The position numbers were made by a program, and so were the translations under genes. DNA of 64,000 bases from a bacterium. Lineage in GTDB: Bacteria > Bacillota_I > Bacilli_A > Acholeplasmatales > JAEDCM01. Within the stretch, counting starts at the first letter, position 1. Every line of letters starts with the position of its first letter. This document shows positions 20,577 to 32,294 of this stretch, in pieces. The stretch is taken from NCBI GenBank assembly GCA_024694145.1, contig JAILKD010000065.1, positions 1,280 to 65,279 on the forward strand, given 5' to 3'. The notes beneath the pieces were generated by a model. That model was not told where the DNA came from. It saw only the letters and a program-made list of their open reading frames with translations, and searched no databases.

Positions 20577-20790
20577 TTATCCTGTAATTATTTCTTTTAT
20601 TTTTTCAAATAAAAATCACTATTATTCAAGCAGCGTTCTAATCCTTCTTTAGTATTACAACCAAAATCATTTAATCTTTCTATTATATCCATTATTTGTT
20701 ACCAAAAAAACTTTCAAATTCATTTGCTGGGATAGTTTTAGAATAATAATAACCTTGAACAATATCACAGCCTAATATTCATTTTATAAA
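20577..20790 (-). pseudogene. Remnants of an EAL-domain gene 3' end plus a truncated Hpt-like ORF
   Basis: Minus-strand translation after an in-frame TGA reads ILGCDIVQGYYYSKTIPANEFESFFGNK* (the conserved EAL C-terminus). A TAATG overlap leads into MDIIERLNDFGCNTKEGLERCLNNSDFYLKKIKEIITG* (an Hpt-type N-terminus truncated at 38 aa). Confidence 0.5.
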
Positions 20791-20877
20791 ACGGACCTTT
20801 AATTAAATTATACATTGATAACTAAAATTAATAAATAATATATTTGAAATATAATATTTATTTTTTTATTCTTTAAC

Positions 20878-20903
20878 AAAAAAAGAGATGAAATTCATCT
20901 CTT
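20878..20903 (-). terminator. Intrinsic terminator of the 20902-22614 lipoprotein gene
   Basis: Minus strand reads AAGAGATG-AATTT-CATCTCTT followed by TTTTTTGTT. Confidence 0.75.
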
Positions 20904-22614
20904 AATTTATAGATTCTAGACTTATTGTACATGCTGGGCGAATGCAACAATTCTTAGAATGAGTTACGGTGTAGTTAGCTGCATTTTCTCCAGAAATGAT
21001 TACAACTCGATCACTAATTTCTTCTTCATATTCATCATATCTTGGGGAACGTGTCCAATATTCGCCATAATATCCATTAATATTACAACACGCACCCATA
21101 GCTCTTGCATATTCTGTTGCTATACAACCTTTTTTATTAGGATATTCAAAAATAGAATCACTTCTTGTATAATCCCTTATACTCAATATATATATTTTAT
21201 CATTTGTATTATCACAAGCATAAATATTATTCCAATCCTCATAATCATAAGTATTTGATGAATTTGAACTATTATCAACTAATACTTCCATAAGAGCATC
21301 GCTTCCTAATGCAAATGCTGTATCTATGAAGCCATGGCCATAAAAATAATTTGACTCATAATAGTTATTAAGCCACGCTCTAAGCATACTATATTGATAG
21401 TTATTATCATAAACAGTTTTATCCATAATAGTTCTATCTTCTTTTGTTCCAGATGCACCATCATCATAAAAAGTATAAGTATCCAATAATACAGTTGAGA
21501 CGAGACTAACGCTATCACTATCGCTACTATAGCATTGCCAAATAATAGGTTCACATATAAACCAACAACTATTTCCTCTTGTTATAGATGTTCCATCATC
21601 AAATGTTGTTTGTCTAATTTTATACGGAGTACATTCTTTATATACATAATATCTTCCATTATAAAGATACCAGCCTAATTCATTTTCTTGATCGTTACTA
21701 GCACATTCATTTAAACTTGAAATCAATAATTCATCAGTTACACGTGATTGTGGATATAAGCCATATGCAATGTTATTACCAACTCTTATAGGAACTTCTC
21801 CATTATATGGTGTAGTTGTATAAGTCGCTTTATATGTCATATCTTCTACACACTCACTAACTGTCTCGTCCCAGCCACTAAAAGTATAATAATATTCACT
21901 AGTAGTAGCTTTTTTAGGATTTATAGGTGGAACTACAGTTTCACCATAACGATAATCACTCTTAGTAGATATAATAGTAGTTCCATCGTCATCGACAAAA
22001 TTAATAACATATAATCTATCTGTTTTAGTATATGTTGCATAATATTCTGCATTACCATCACAATTAACGACTAAATTATTCCAACCATTAAAAGCATAAA
22101 CCGAATCATTTGTTTGAGACTTTGTTGGATCTGTTGGTGGAACAACTTCATCACCATAATGATATGTACTTGATTTAAGAATAGTTGTCTTATCATCATC
22201 AAAGAAAGTAACAGTATAATCGATATATTTATTATTATATGTTGCAGTATATGTAATATCTCTTGTAACATCCTCAATATTTGGACTCCAACCAGAGAAT
22301 TCATAAGTGTAAGTATTATCACTTTCTTTTGTTGGGTTGCTTGGCATTTCTATTAGATTAGACTTAGTACCAGAATCATATGATTTAGCCTCTTTTATAA
22401 TAGAGCCATCATAATCAACAAAAGTCACATTAAACTTATCCAATATATTATTGTTTACTGTTGTAGTAGACTCTGTTGTGGTATTTTTGCTTGTAGTTGT
22501 AGATTCAACTGTTGTAGTTGAATTATCTTTGTTTGTTTTATTATTTTTATTATCGCAAGCAAACAATGCAATAACAAATGGTATTATGAATAATCCCCTT
22601 CTAATTCTATTCAT
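20902..22614 (-). CDS. Surface lipoprotein with three or four Listeria-Bacteroides (Flg_new) repeats and a C-terminal DUF6273-like domain
   Basis: Lipobox ALFACDNK followed by a Thr/Ser-rich linker. YEFSGWSP...YTATY, YAFNGWN...YYATY and YTFSGWDE...YKATY repeats. The C-terminal part has EPIIWQ and YWTRSP motifs. I prefer the ATG at 22614 (GGGGAG 6 nt upstream) over 22641. Confidence 0.7.
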   Translation of the reverse strand: MNRIRRGLFIIPFVIALFACDNKNNKTNKDNSTTTVESTTTSKNTTTESTTTVNNNILDKFNVTFVDYDGSIIKEAKSYDSGTKSNLIEMPSNPTKESDNTYTYEFSGWSPNIEDVTRDITYTATYNNKYIDYTVTFFDDDKTTILKSSTYHYGDEVVPPTDPTKSQTNDSVYAFNGWNNLVVNCDGNAEYYATYTKTDRLYVINFVDDDGTTIISTKSDYRYGETVVPPINPKKATTSEYYYTFSGWDETVSECVEDMTYKATYTTTPYNGEVPIRVGNNIAYGLYPQSRVTDELLISSLNECASNDQENELGWYLYNGRYYVYKECTPYKIRQTTFDDGTSITRGNSCWFICEPIIWQCYSSDSDSVSLVSTVLLDTYTFYDDGASGTKEDRTIMDKTVYDNNYQYSMLRAWLNNYYESNYFYGHGFIDTAFALGSDALMEVLVDNSSNSSNTYDYEDWNNIYACDNTNDKIYILSIRDYTRSDSIFEYPNKKGCIATEYARAMGACCNINGYYGEYWTRSPRYDEYEEEISDRVVIISGENAANYTVTHSKNCCIRPACTISLESIN

Positions 22615-22718
22615 CAATATCTCCCCTTTATTAGAACACAATTCTAATACGTCCTTATTATCTCATAATAATATTTATATATCAATATTTTATAGCGTTA
22701 TTATGTTAAAAATTGATA

Positions 22719-22742
22719 AAAACGGCTAAATCTAGCCGTTTT
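22719..22742 (-). terminator. Intrinsic terminator after gltD
   Basis: AAACGGCTA-GAT-TAGCCGTTT followed on the minus strand by TTATCAATTTTT. It overlaps the gltD stop. Confidence 0.75.
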
Positions 22743-24165
22743 ATACATTATATTTTTTAATTATTTCATTAGCGCAATCAATACCATCTTTTAAGGCAAC
22801 CACAACTAAAGATTGTCCATTTTTCATATCACCACAAATAGAAATCTTATCATTATAACTAAACTTATTTAGATTAAATCTATTTCTATTCATAGTCATA
22901 TTATAACTATTTGCATCTTCCTCACTTGTTCCTAAGAAGCCCATTGCAATTATTAAATAATCACAATCTAGATAATTTCTTGTATTAGGAATATCAACAA
23001 ATCTTCCTTTTTCAAATTTAACTTTTTTAGTGTAGACTCCTACTACTTTACCATCTTTTGCTACTACCTCATCAATTGTAGTGTTATAAATTCTTATATC
23101 ACTACCCTTTAAGTAGTTAGCTTCAGCAACACCATAATCAGTTTTCTTTTTATTTGGATAGTTAGGCCAAGGAACTGTATTTTCTAGTGGTGGTTCATCA
23201 GTAATTTCTATTTCAGTTATACTTTTTGCATTTTCTCTTGCTGCAGTACCGCAGCAATCATTTGCTGTATCTCCACCACCAACAATTATTACATTTTTAT
23301 CTTTTAAGTTATATGTAAAATCAGTTTTATCAAGTAAATTCTTTGTAGTTTCTCTTAAGAAATCAACCGCATATAGCACTCCTTTAGCATCACTTCCATT
23401 ACATACTAATGGTCTAGCTTTAGATGTACCACAAGCAAATACTATTTCATCATAGTTTTTAACTAGTTCATCCATAGAAATATCTTTACCAACTTTAGTA
23501 TTAGTAATAAACTTAATACCTTCTTCTTTAAGTAGATTAACTCTTCTATCAATGATATGTTTTTCTAATTTCATATTAGGAATACCATACATTAAAAGTC
23601 CGCCAATTCTATCATTTTTTTCATAGATAGTTACATCAAAACCTGCATTATTAAGTGCTTTAGCACATGATAGCCCAGAAGGTCCACTACCAACAATAGC
23701 AACCTTTTTACCGTTTCTTTTAATATTAGTATTAGGCTTAATCCAGCCATTTTTAAATGCTTCTTCTATTAAGAATAATTCGTTAGCTTTTACGCCTACA
23801 GCCTTACCATTAATTGAGCATGTACAGCATGCTTCACATAGTGCAGGGCAAACATTCCCTGTGAATTCAGGAAATGGCGCAGTCTTTTCTAGACGCTTAT
23901 ACGCTTCATGAAATAAGCCTAGATAAATTAAATCATTTGTTTCAGGAATTAAATTAGATAGTGGACAGCCTACCTTTCTACTATTGATTGTCATTGCAGA
24001 CTGACAGAATGGAATTCCGCAGTTCATACAACGACTAGCTTGATTTATTTGTGTTTCAATATCAAAAGGTATATGGAAATCATTAAAGTTTTTTATTCTT
24101 TCTTTAATATCCACTTCTTTTTTATCTAATCTATCAAATTCCATAAATCCAGTTGGTTTACCCAT
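22741..24165 (-). CDS. gltD: Glutamate synthase (NADPH) small subunit
   Basis: 474 aa with N-terminal Fe-S Cys clusters (CMNCGIPFC, CPL) and the FAD/NAD fold VAIVGSGPSGLSCA. It is translationally coupled to gltB. Confidence 0.9.
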   Translation of the reverse strand: MGKPTGFMEFDRLDKKEVDIKERIKNFNDFHIPFDIETQINQASRCMNCGIPFCQSAMTINSRKVGCPLSNLIPETNDLIYLGLFHEAYKRLEKTAPFPEFTGNVCPALCEACCTCSINGKAVGVKANELFLIEEAFKNGWIKPNTNIKRNGKKVAIVGSGPSGLSCAKALNNAGFDVTIYEKNDRIGGLLMYGIPNMKLEKHIIDRRVNLLKEEGIKFITNTKVGKDISMDELVKNYDEIVFACGTSKARPLVCNGSDAKGVLYAVDFLRETTKNLLDKTDFTYNLKDKNVIIVGGGDTANDCCGTAARENAKSITEIEITDEPPLENTVPWPNYPNKKKTDYGVAEANYLKGSDIRIYNTTIDEVVAKDGKVVGVYTKKVKFEKGRFVDIPNTRNYLDCDYLIIAMGFLGTSEEDANSYNMTMNRNRFNLNKFSYNDKISICGDMKNGQSLVVVALKDGIDCANEIIKKYNV

Positions 24166-27100
24166 TATTTCACCTCCAAGAATTTATTGAAGGCATCTAA
24201 TTTAGGATTATTACTTCCTTTAGCTTCAAATTCAGCAATTAAGTTTTTAATTACCGCATAATCATTTGGAAGAATCTTAAAGAATTTTTCACTATCAAAG
24301 TTATCTAAGATATCTTTAACATACTTACTTTCTGTATACTTAACATGATTATTCATTAATTCTTTAACTTCCATAACATCATTTTCATCAAGTGGTAATA
24401 CTTTTACAAGTTCAGTATTAACATTTTTAATATTTTCTTTGCCATAAATATAAGCAACTCCACCACTCATACCAGCAGCAAAGTTTCTACCAACATTACC
24501 AAGTACTAATGCAACTCCACCAGTCATATATTCACAACCATGCAAACCGCATCCAAGTGAAACAACCTTTGCACCAGAGTTTCTTACTGCAAATCTTTCA
24601 CCACATACACCATCTAAATAACATTCTCCACTTGTAGCTCCATATAAACATACGTTACCACAAATGATATTCTTTTCTACATCAAATGTATGAAGAGCAT
24701 TTGTTCTAATTGATAACTTACCACCAGATAAGCCTTTACCAAAATAGTCGTTTGCATCACCAATAACATTAATTGTTACACCCTTAGTCATGAATGCTCC
24801 AAAGGAGTTACCTGCATTACCAGTTGCATTAATAGTAATTGTATCCTCAGCTAAGCCTTGATCTTTATAAACTTTTGTTATTTCATTTGATAATATTGTT
24901 CCTAAAGTTCTATTAACATTAGATATTTCTAAATCAATATTTTTCTTACTTTGATATTTAATAGATTCATAGCAAAGTGGTAATAATATTCTACTATCAA
25001 GAGTATTATCTAAGTCAATTCTCTTATAGTTTTTAAATACTCTATCACTTCTATTTACTACTTTAGAATTAAATAACAATTTAGATAAATCAAGTTTGCC
25101 TTTAAATTCATCTTTAACACTAATAAGTTCAGTATGGCCAACCATATCATCAATTGATTTAAAGCCTAGTAAAGCCATTTCTTCACGTAATTCAGAAGCA
25201 ATAAACTTCATGAAATTCATAACATATTCTGGCTTACCACTAAACTTCTTTCTCAACGCTTCATTTTGTGTAGCAATACCTACAGGGCATGTATTCATAT
25301 TACATACTCTCATCATTACACAGCCCATAGCTACAAGTGGTCCTGTAGCAAAGCCAAACTCTTCAGCACCTAGTAAAATAGCTATAGCTAAATCACGACC
25401 TGTAAGAAGCTTTCCATCAGTTTCAATTCTTACTCTATCTCTTAAGCCATTTAAAACTAATGTTTGATGAGTTTCTGATAGACCTATTTCCCAAGGAATA
25501 CCTGCGTTATTAATTGAAGTACGAGGGCTTGCCCCTGTACCACCATCATAACCAGAAATCAAAATTGTATTAGCTCCTGCTTTAACAACACCAGCAGCAA
25601 TTGTACCAATTCCTGATTCAGAAACAAGTTTTACAGAAATTCTTGCATGTCTATTTGCATTTTTTAAATCATAAATAAGTTGAGCTAAATCCTCAATTGA
25701 ATAAATATCATGATGTGGTGGTGGACTTATTAATGAAACACCAGGAGTTGAATGTCTTGCCTTGGCTATCCAAGGGAACACTTTTTGTCCAGGTAATTGA
25801 CCACCTTCACCAGGTTTAGCTCCTTGAGCCATCTTGATTTGAATTTCAATTGAATTAGTTAAGTATTCAATAGTTACACCAAATCTACCTGATGCAACTT
25901 GTTTAATTTTAGAACATCTATTTTCTTCACCATTTTCATGATAGTATCTTTCACGTTCTTCTCCACCTTCACCAGTATTAGATTTTGCGCCAAGTCTATT
26001 CATCGCAATAGCCATACATTCATGAGCTTCTTTAGAAATAGATCCATAGCTCATTGCTCCAGTTTTGAAACGTTTAACAATTTCATCAACGCTTTCAACT
26101 TCATTAATTGAAATAGGATGACTATAATCAAGCTTAAATGTGTTTCTAATATTATTACATTTTGAATTAATTAGATCAGTAAATTTCTTGTATTCACTAT
26201 AGTTACCGCTTCTACATGATGACTGTAAATAAAATATTGAAAGTGGATCATATAAGTGGTCATGCCCATTCTTTCTAAACTTATGTAAACCAATTGCATC
26301 TAGTGTGTCATCATTTCTAGATTTTGCCTTATTATAAAGCTTTATTGCATTTTCTTCGATTCTATCAATTCCAATTCCACTAATAGGATTTGGTGTATTT
26401 GTAAAATACTTTTCAATTAGTTCATCACTTAAACCAATTGATTCAAATATTTGTGCACCATTATATGATTGGATAGTTGAAATACCCATCTTAGATATAA
26501 TCTTATATAAAGCTTTAAGAGTTGCATGTCTATAGTTATTTAAAGCAACTTCTAAATCAAGTTTAATTAAACCACGCTCTTTATATTCTTTAATTGTTTC
26601 ATAAACTAAATATGGATAAATTGCTGTTACACCATAACCAATTAAACAAGCATAATGATGTATTTCTCTTGGTTCAGCAGCCTCAAGTACTAAAGAAATA
26701 TGAGTTCTTTTTGAAACCTTTGTTAAATATTGATGAACTCCACTAGAAGCAAGTAATGAAGGAATCTTTATACCATCTTTCTTATCAGAAAGAATGATAA
26801 TTGATGCTCCATTATCAATTTCAGCTTCAGTTTCCTTACAAATTCTATCCATTGCTTCACTCATAGTTTCTTGTGTGTAATCATAAGTAAAGTAAATTGT
26901 TTTAACTTTAATACCTGTTTTTTCATCTAGAGACTTAATCTTATAGAAATCACTATCAGATAATATTGGATTATCAATAGCTACTCTTAAAGCATTCTTT
27001 TCTGTAGGATTAAGTAGATTTCCTTCTCTACCTAAATATAGTCTAGAGCTCATTACAATATCTTCTCTAATAGAATCAATTGGTGGATTTGTTACTTGAG

Positions 27101-28643
27101 CAAATCTTTGTTTAAAGAATTGATATAAGTTGAATTCCTTCTTCATTAATACAGCTAAAGGAATATCAGTACCCATTGATACAACTAATTCATTATCATT
27201 TTTAGCTAGTGGTATAATGCCTTCCATTAATTCATCTTGTACATAATTTGATTCATGTTGCAAAAAGTGTATATCTCCACTAAATGGCTCAATAGCAGGA
27301 TTTTTTAATTCATTTAAGTAAATGATATTTTTATTCCATGCTTTATAATCTTGTTTCTTTGAAATACTCTCTTTAATCTCATCATTAGATATAATTCTAC
27401 CAGCCTCTGTATCAACAAGTAAAATCTTACCTGGTTCTAGTCTACCTTTAAGTTTTACATGTTTTTCTTCAATAGGTAGACTTCCTGTTTCAGAGAATAG
27501 TACTAAATAATCATCATCAGTTACATAATATCTTGATGGTCTAAGACCATTTCTATCTAGGGATGCTCCAAGCTTTATACCGTCAGTAAATAGAATTGCT
27601 GCTGGTCCATCCCATGGTTCCATAAATGTTGAATGAAATTCATAGAATGCTTTTAAATCTTCACTCATATCTTCATTTTTCATCCATGGTTCTGGTATCA
27701 TCATCATGATTACTTCTTCCATGCTTCTACCATTTAGGTATAAGAATTCTAAGAAGTTATCAAACATTGCAGAGTCACTTGATTCTTTTGGAATTAATGG
27801 AATAACTTTCTTTAAGTCTCCATTAAATACTTTAGATTCAAATAAACCTTCTCTAGCACGAACAGAGTCAACATTACCTCTAATAGTATTAATTTCACCA
27901 TTATGGCAAATAAATCTATTTGGATGTGCTCTATCCCATGATGGAAATGTGTTTGTTGAGAATCTAGAGTGAACTAATGCAATAGCACTTTCTACTTTAG
28001 TATCTTTTAAATCAAGATAGAAATCTCTAACTTGAGTTGATACTAACATACCTTTATAAACGATAGTACGAGATGAAAAACTACAGAAATATAATTTATA
28101 ATCAAGCTCTAATGCTTTTCTTTCAATTACTCTTCTAGCTATATATAGCTTTCTTTCAAAATCAATACCACTAGCTATACCTTCTGGTTTTTTAACAAAT
28201 AATTGCATCATATATGGCATTGCTTTTAAAGCAGTTGTACCAACCCCATAAGTATCTACTGGTACTCTTCTGTAGCCTAGTTTTTCTAAGTTTTCACTTT
28301 CTAAAATACTATCAATTAATTCAATTTCTTTATTTCTAATTTCTTCATTCTTTGATAGAAATAGCTGCCCTACGCCATATTCTCCTTCTTTAGGAAGTTC
28401 AAAGCCTAAAACTTCTCCTCTATAAAATTTATCTGGAATTTGAATTAAGATACCGGCCCCATCACCTGAGTTATCTTCAGCTCCAGTACCTCCTCTATGC
28501 TCTAAGTGAATTAAAATATTTAAAGCATCTTTTATTGTTTTATGTGTTTTAATACCTTTTATACTTGCGATAGCACCAATACCACAAGCATCATGTTCAT
28601 ATGAAGGATTATATAAACCACATTGATTAGGATAATTTTCCAT
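24165..28643 (-). CDS. gltB: Glutamate synthase large subunit
   Basis: 1492 aa. Ntn amidotransferase start (CGIGAIA), FMN/Fe-S central domain, and C-terminal GXGXG repeat domain. Confidence 0.95.
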   Translation of the reverse strand: MENYPNQCGLYNPSYEHDACGIGAIASIKGIKTHKTIKDALNILIHLEHRGGTGAEDNSGDGAGILIQIPDKFYRGEVLGFELPKEGEYGVGQLFLSKNEEIRNKEIELIDSILESENLEKLGYRRVPVDTYGVGTTALKAMPYMMQLFVKKPEGIASGIDFERKLYIARRVIERKALELDYKLYFCSFSSRTIVYKGMLVSTQVRDFYLDLKDTKVESAIALVHSRFSTNTFPSWDRAHPNRFICHNGEINTIRGNVDSVRAREGLFESKVFNGDLKKVIPLIPKESSDSAMFDNFLEFLYLNGRSMEEVIMMMIPEPWMKNEDMSEDLKAFYEFHSTFMEPWDGPAAILFTDGIKLGASLDRNGLRPSRYYVTDDDYLVLFSETGSLPIEEKHVKLKGRLEPGKILLVDTEAGRIISNDEIKESISKKQDYKAWNKNIIYLNELKNPAIEPFSGDIHFLQHESNYVQDELMEGIIPLAKNDNELVVSMGTDIPLAVLMKKEFNLYQFFKQRFAQVTNPPIDSIREDIVMSSRLYLGREGNLLNPTEKNALRVAIDNPILSDSDFYKIKSLDEKTGIKVKTIYFTYDYTQETMSEAMDRICKETEAEIDNGASIIILSDKKDGIKIPSLLASSGVHQYLTKVSKRTHISLVLEAAEPREIHHYACLIGYGVTAIYPYLVYETIKEYKERGLIKLDLEVALNNYRHATLKALYKIISKMGISTIQSYNGAQIFESIGLSDELIEKYFTNTPNPISGIGIDRIEENAIKLYNKAKSRNDDTLDAIGLHKFRKNGHDHLYDPLSIFYLQSSCRSGNYSEYKKFTDLINSKCNNIRNTFKLDYSHPISINEVESVDEIVKRFKTGAMSYGSISKEAHECMAIAMNRLGAKSNTGEGGEERERYYHENGEENRCSKIKQVASGRFGVTIEYLTNSIEIQIKMAQGAKPGEGGQLPGQKVFPWIAKARHSTPGVSLISPPPHHDIYSIEDLAQLIYDLKNANRHARISVKLVSESGIGTIAAGVVKAGANTILISGYDGGTGASPRTSINNAGIPWEIGLSETHQTLVLNGLRDRVRIETDGKLLTGRDLAIAILLGAEEFGFATGPLVAMGCVMMRVCNMNTCPVGIATQNEALRKKFSGKPEYVMNFMKFIASELREEMALLGFKSIDDMVGHTELISVKDEFKGKLDLSKLLFNSKVVNRSDRVFKNYKRIDLDNTLDSRILLPLCYESIKYQSKKNIDLEISNVNRTLGTILSNEITKVYKDQGLAEDTITINATGNAGNSFGAFMTKGVTINVIGDANDYFGKGLSGGKLSIRTNALHTFDVEKNIICGNVCLYGATSGECYLDGVCGERFAVRNSGAKVVSLGCGLHGCEYMTGGVALVLGNVGRNFAAGMSGGVAYIYGKENIKNVNTELVKVLPLDENDVMEVKELMNNHVKYTESKYVKDILDNFDSEKFFKILPNDYAVIKNLIAEFEAKGSNNPKLDAFNKFLEVK

Positions 28644-28654
28644 AATATCACCTT

Positions 28655-30262
28655 CTATTTTTTGTTATTGATTGTTGCATTAATGAATTCCCTAAATAAA
28701 GGGTGTGGCCTATTTGGCCTTGATAAGAACTCAGGATGAAATTGACAACAAATAAAGAATGGGTGATTCTTAAGTTCAACAATTTCAACTAAATTTTGCT
28801 TTTCATTTTTACCAACACATACTAAATCCTTACTTAATATATTTAAATATTCATTATTGAATTCATATCTATGTCTATGACGTTCTTTAATATCTTCTTT
28901 TTGATATGCTTCATATGTTTTACTAGATTTATCTATATGACAGTCATAAAGTCCTAATCTAAGTGTTCCACCCATATTTATTCCTGTGTATTGATCAGGA
29001 AGTAAATAAATAATAGGGTTCTTAGTTTCAGGATCTATTTCTGTTGAATTAGCATCCTTTAAGTTAAACACATCTCTAGCATATTCAATACATGCTAGTT
29101 GCATGCCATAACAGATTCCTAGTAGTGGAACTTTATTAAGTCTAGCGTACTTTATAGCACTAATCTTACCTTCAGCAGCACGCTTACCAAATCCACCAGG
29201 AACAAGTATACCAGCCATATCTTTTAATATTTCACTAGCGTTTTCATCATTTATGGTATTTGCATCTATATAATTAACTATTACTTTCTTATGGTAATAG
29301 TATCCTGCAGCTTTAAGTGCTTCACTTACTGATAAATATGCATCATGTAATTGTACATATTTACCAACTAAGCCAATATTAATTTCTTCTTTCGATTGTT
29401 TAATATTATTGATTAAACTAACCCATTCACTCATATCTGCTTCAGGCACATCTAGGTGGAAATGTTTAACAATAATATCATCAATATTTTGTTTATGTAG
29501 GCTTAATACTACATTAAACAAAATCTTTTCATCTTTTGCAACTATTACATTTTCTTTATGTACATCACAGAATAAAGCAATTTTTTCTTTTTGACTATCA
29601 GTAATATCTACTTCACTTCTTAAAATGATAATATCTGGTTGAATACCTATACTTCGAAGTTCCTTTACAGAGTGTTGTGTAGGTTTTGTTTTAATTTCAT
29701 CAGCAGCTCTTAAATAAGGGACTAGTGTGTTATGAATATAAAGTGTGTTTTCATAACCAAAGTCACGTCTAGCTTGTCTAATAGCTTCTAGGAAAGGAAG
29801 CGATTCTATATCACCAACTGTTCCACCAATTTCAGTAATAATTACATCAGCACCTGATTCATTTTTTGCTTTAACAAGTTGACGCTTTATTTCATCAGTA
29901 ATATGAGGAATAACTTGTACTGTTCCACCAAGGTATTCTCCTTTTCTTTCTTTATTAATTACTGATTGATAAATCTTACCTGTAGTAATATTACTTCTTT
30001 TACTTAAGTTTTCATCAATAAATCTTTCATAGTGACCTAAATCAAGGTCTGTTTCAGCACCATCATCAGTTACAAATACTTCACCATGTTGGTATGGTGA
30101 CATAGTGCCAGGATCGACATTAATGTATGGATCAAACTTTTGCATAAATACTTTTAGACCTCTATTTTTAAGAAGTCTACCAATACTTGAAGCAGCAATT
30201 CCTTTACCAAGTGATGAAACAACTCCACCTGTAACAAATATAAACTTTGTAGTTTTTTCCAT
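28655..30262 (-). CDS. pyrG: CTP synthase
   Basis: [17 protein letters not shown]-terminus and the GATase domain GICYGMQ...HRHRYEFN. Confidence 0.97.
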   Translation of the reverse strand: MEKTTKFIFVTGGVVSSLGKGIAASSIGRLLKNRGLKVFMQKFDPYINVDPGTMSPYQHGEVFVTDDGAETDLDLGHYERFIDENLSKRSNITTGKIYQSVINKERKGEYLGGTVQVIPHITDEIKRQLVKAKNESGADVIITEIGGTVGDIESLPFLEAIRQARRDFGYENTLYIHNTLVPYLRAADEIKTKPTQHSVKELRSIGIQPDIIILRSEVDITDSQKEKIALFCDVHKENVIVAKDEKILFNVVLSLHKQNIDDIIVKHFHLDVPEADMSEWVSLINNIKQSKEEINIGLVGKYVQLHDAYLSVSEALKAAGYYYHKKVIVNYIDANTINDENASEILKDMAGILVPGGFGKRAAEGKISAIKYARLNKVPLLGICYGMQLACIEYARDVFNLKDANSTEIDPETKNPIIYLLPDQYTGINMGGTLRLGLYDCHIDKSSKTYEAYQKEDIKERHRHRYEFNNEYLNILSKDLVCVGKNEKQNLVEIVELKNHPFFICCQFHPEFLSRPNRPHPLFREFINATINNKK

Positions 30263-30264
30263 AA

Positions 30265-31446
30265 TTATTTCATCTCCTTAAAGAATTTATCTAATCTCTT
30301 ACAAGCTTCAATAGTTTTTTCTCTTGTAGAAAATGATGTTAATCTAAAATATCCATCACCACTTTTACCAAAACCAACTCCAGGAGTACCAACTATATTA
30401 GCTTCAGTTAATAATTTATCAAAGAAATCCCAACTACTCATATTATTTGGACATTTCATCCAAATATATGGTGAATTAGTTCCACCTGTGTAATAAATAT
30501 CATTTTTCTTTAATACTTCTTCAATCATTAAAGCATTGTATAAATAATAGTTAATATTATTTTCACAAGCCTTAAGTCCTTCACTACTTAAAGCAGCTTC
30601 TGCGGCCTTTTGAACAGGCCAAGCTACACCATTAAATTTAGTAGCTTGTCTACGTCCCCATATTCTATTAAATACTCCATCTAATATATCTTTTGGAACA
30701 ATACTATAACTACATCTAAGTCCTGTAAAACCTGCAAGCTTAGAGAAGCTTGAAATTTCTACAGCACATTTTCTTGCTCCTTCTATTTCAAAAATAGAAT
30801 GAGGATAATTTCCTCTAATAAATGCTTCATAAGCACTATCAAATATAATTAGTGATTTACTCTTTATCGCAAAATCAACCCACACCTTTAATTGTTCTTT
30901 TGAATAAACTGCTCCAGTTGGGTTATTTGGACTACATAAATAAATTACTGATTCTTCAAGAGTTAATCCATCAGGCATAGGTAAGAAACCATTTGATTTA
31001 TTACCTTCAAGTAATAAAATATTACGTCCAGCCATCATATTACTATCAACATATACAGGGTAAACTGGATCAGGAATAATTATTCTATTATCCCCAAGTA
31101 TTTCAACCATATTACCTAAATCTGATTTTGCTCCATCACATACAAATATTTCATCTAAGCTTAAATCTACACTATTTTTTAAATAATATTTTCTAATTGC
31201 ATCTTTAACAAAGTTATATCCAAACTCTGGTGGATAACCTCTAAATGTTTCTTTAACTCCCATTTCTAGACTTGCTTTAACTAAAGCATCAACAACTACT
31301 TTAGATAAAGGAAGAGATACATCACCAATACCAAGACTAATAACTTCTTTAGTTGGATTAGCTTCTTTATATTGTTTAACCTTTTTTGCAATTAAAGAAA
31401 ATAAGAAGTTTTCACTTAAATTTAAGAAATTTTCATTAATCTTCAT
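30265..31446 (-). CDS. dapL: LL-diaminopimelate aminotransferase
   Basis: [23 protein letters not shown]...[12 protein letters not shown], typical of DapL. SFSK carries the PLP lysine. I prefer the ATG at 31446 (AAGGGGTG 7 nt upstream). Confidence 0.85.
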   Translation of the reverse strand: MKINENFLNLSENFLFSLIAKKVKQYKEANPTKEVISLGIGDVSLPLSKVVVDALVKASLEMGVKETFRGYPPEFGYNFVKDAIRKYYLKNSVDLSLDEIFVCDGAKSDLGNMVEILGDNRIIIPDPVYPVYVDSNMMAGRNILLLEGNKSNGFLPMPDGLTLEESVIYLCSPNNPTGAVYSKEQLKVWVDFAIKSKSLIIFDSAYEAFIRGNYPHSIFEIEGARKCAVEISSFSKLAGFTGLRCSYSIVPKDILDGVFNRIWGRRQATKFNGVAWPVQKAAEAALSSEGLKACENNINYYLYNALMIEEVLKKNDIYYTGGTNSPYIWMKCPNNMSSWDFFDKLLTEANIVGTPGVGFGKSGDGYFRLTSFSTREKTIEACKRLDKFFKEMK

Positions 31447-32284
31447 ATTCATACACCCCTTCATAAACTAGTTCAGCAGGTCCAGTCATTAATACGTTAT
31501 AACTATTATCTATATTAATGATTAAAGTACCACCTAAAAGTTTTACATAAACATCTTCATTAAAATTACAAATTTTGTTTTTAATTGATGCAGCTACAAG
31601 TGCACAAGCACCTGTTCCACATGCATAAGTCTCACCACTACCACGTTCATATACTCTCATTTCTAAATGATTTTTATCAATCACCTTACAAAACTCAGTA
31701 TTAACCTTTTCAGGGTATATTGGATTATTTTCAAAAGATGGACCAATTTTATCTAAGTCTAAATCTTTTATTTCATCCATATATATTACTGAATGAGGGT
31801 TTCCCATAGAAACACTTGTTAAATTATATTTCTTACCCAATATTTCACATTCAGCATTAATCATTTCTTTTTCACTAAAAACAACTGGTATTTTATTAAC
31901 TTCAAATATAGCTTTACCCATATTTACAGTTACCTTATCAACCTTATTATTAGTTACGTGTAAATCTAAATATTTAATTCCACTAAGTGTTTCAATTGTT
32001 ACAAGTGTTTTAGTTATTATTTTTTTATCATATAAATATTTACCAACACATCTAATAGCATTCCCACACATCTTACCTTCAGATCCATCAGCATTAAACA
32101 TACGCATTTTAGCATCTGCGACTTCACTTCTGCATATTAATACTAACCCATCTGAACCTACTGAAAAATGTCTTTTACTCATTTTAATAGCTAACTTTGA
32201 TGGATTTTTTATAATTGTATCAAAGCAGTTAATATAAATATAATCATTTGCACAACCTTGCATCTTAGTAAAATTAATCTTCAT
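31436..32284 (-). CDS. dapF: Diaminopimelate epimerase
   Basis: FTKMQGCANDYIYI, MCGNAIRC and ACGTGACA, the two catalytic Cys motifs. Confidence 0.92.
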   Translation of the reverse strand: MKINFTKMQGCANDYIYINCFDTIIKNPSKLAIKMSKRHFSVGSDGLVLICRSEVADAKMRMFNADGSEGKMCGNAIRCVGKYLYDKKIITKTLVTIETLSGIKYLDLHVTNNKVDKVTVNMGKAIFEVNKIPVVFSEKEMINAECEILGKKYNLTSVSMGNPHSVIYMDEIKDLDLDKIGPSFENNPIYPEKVNTEFCKVIDKNHLEMRVYERGSGETYACGTGACALVAASIKNKICNFNEDVYVKLLGGTLIINIDNSYNVLMTGPAELVYEGVYEYED

Positions 32285-32294
32285 AGTATTACTC

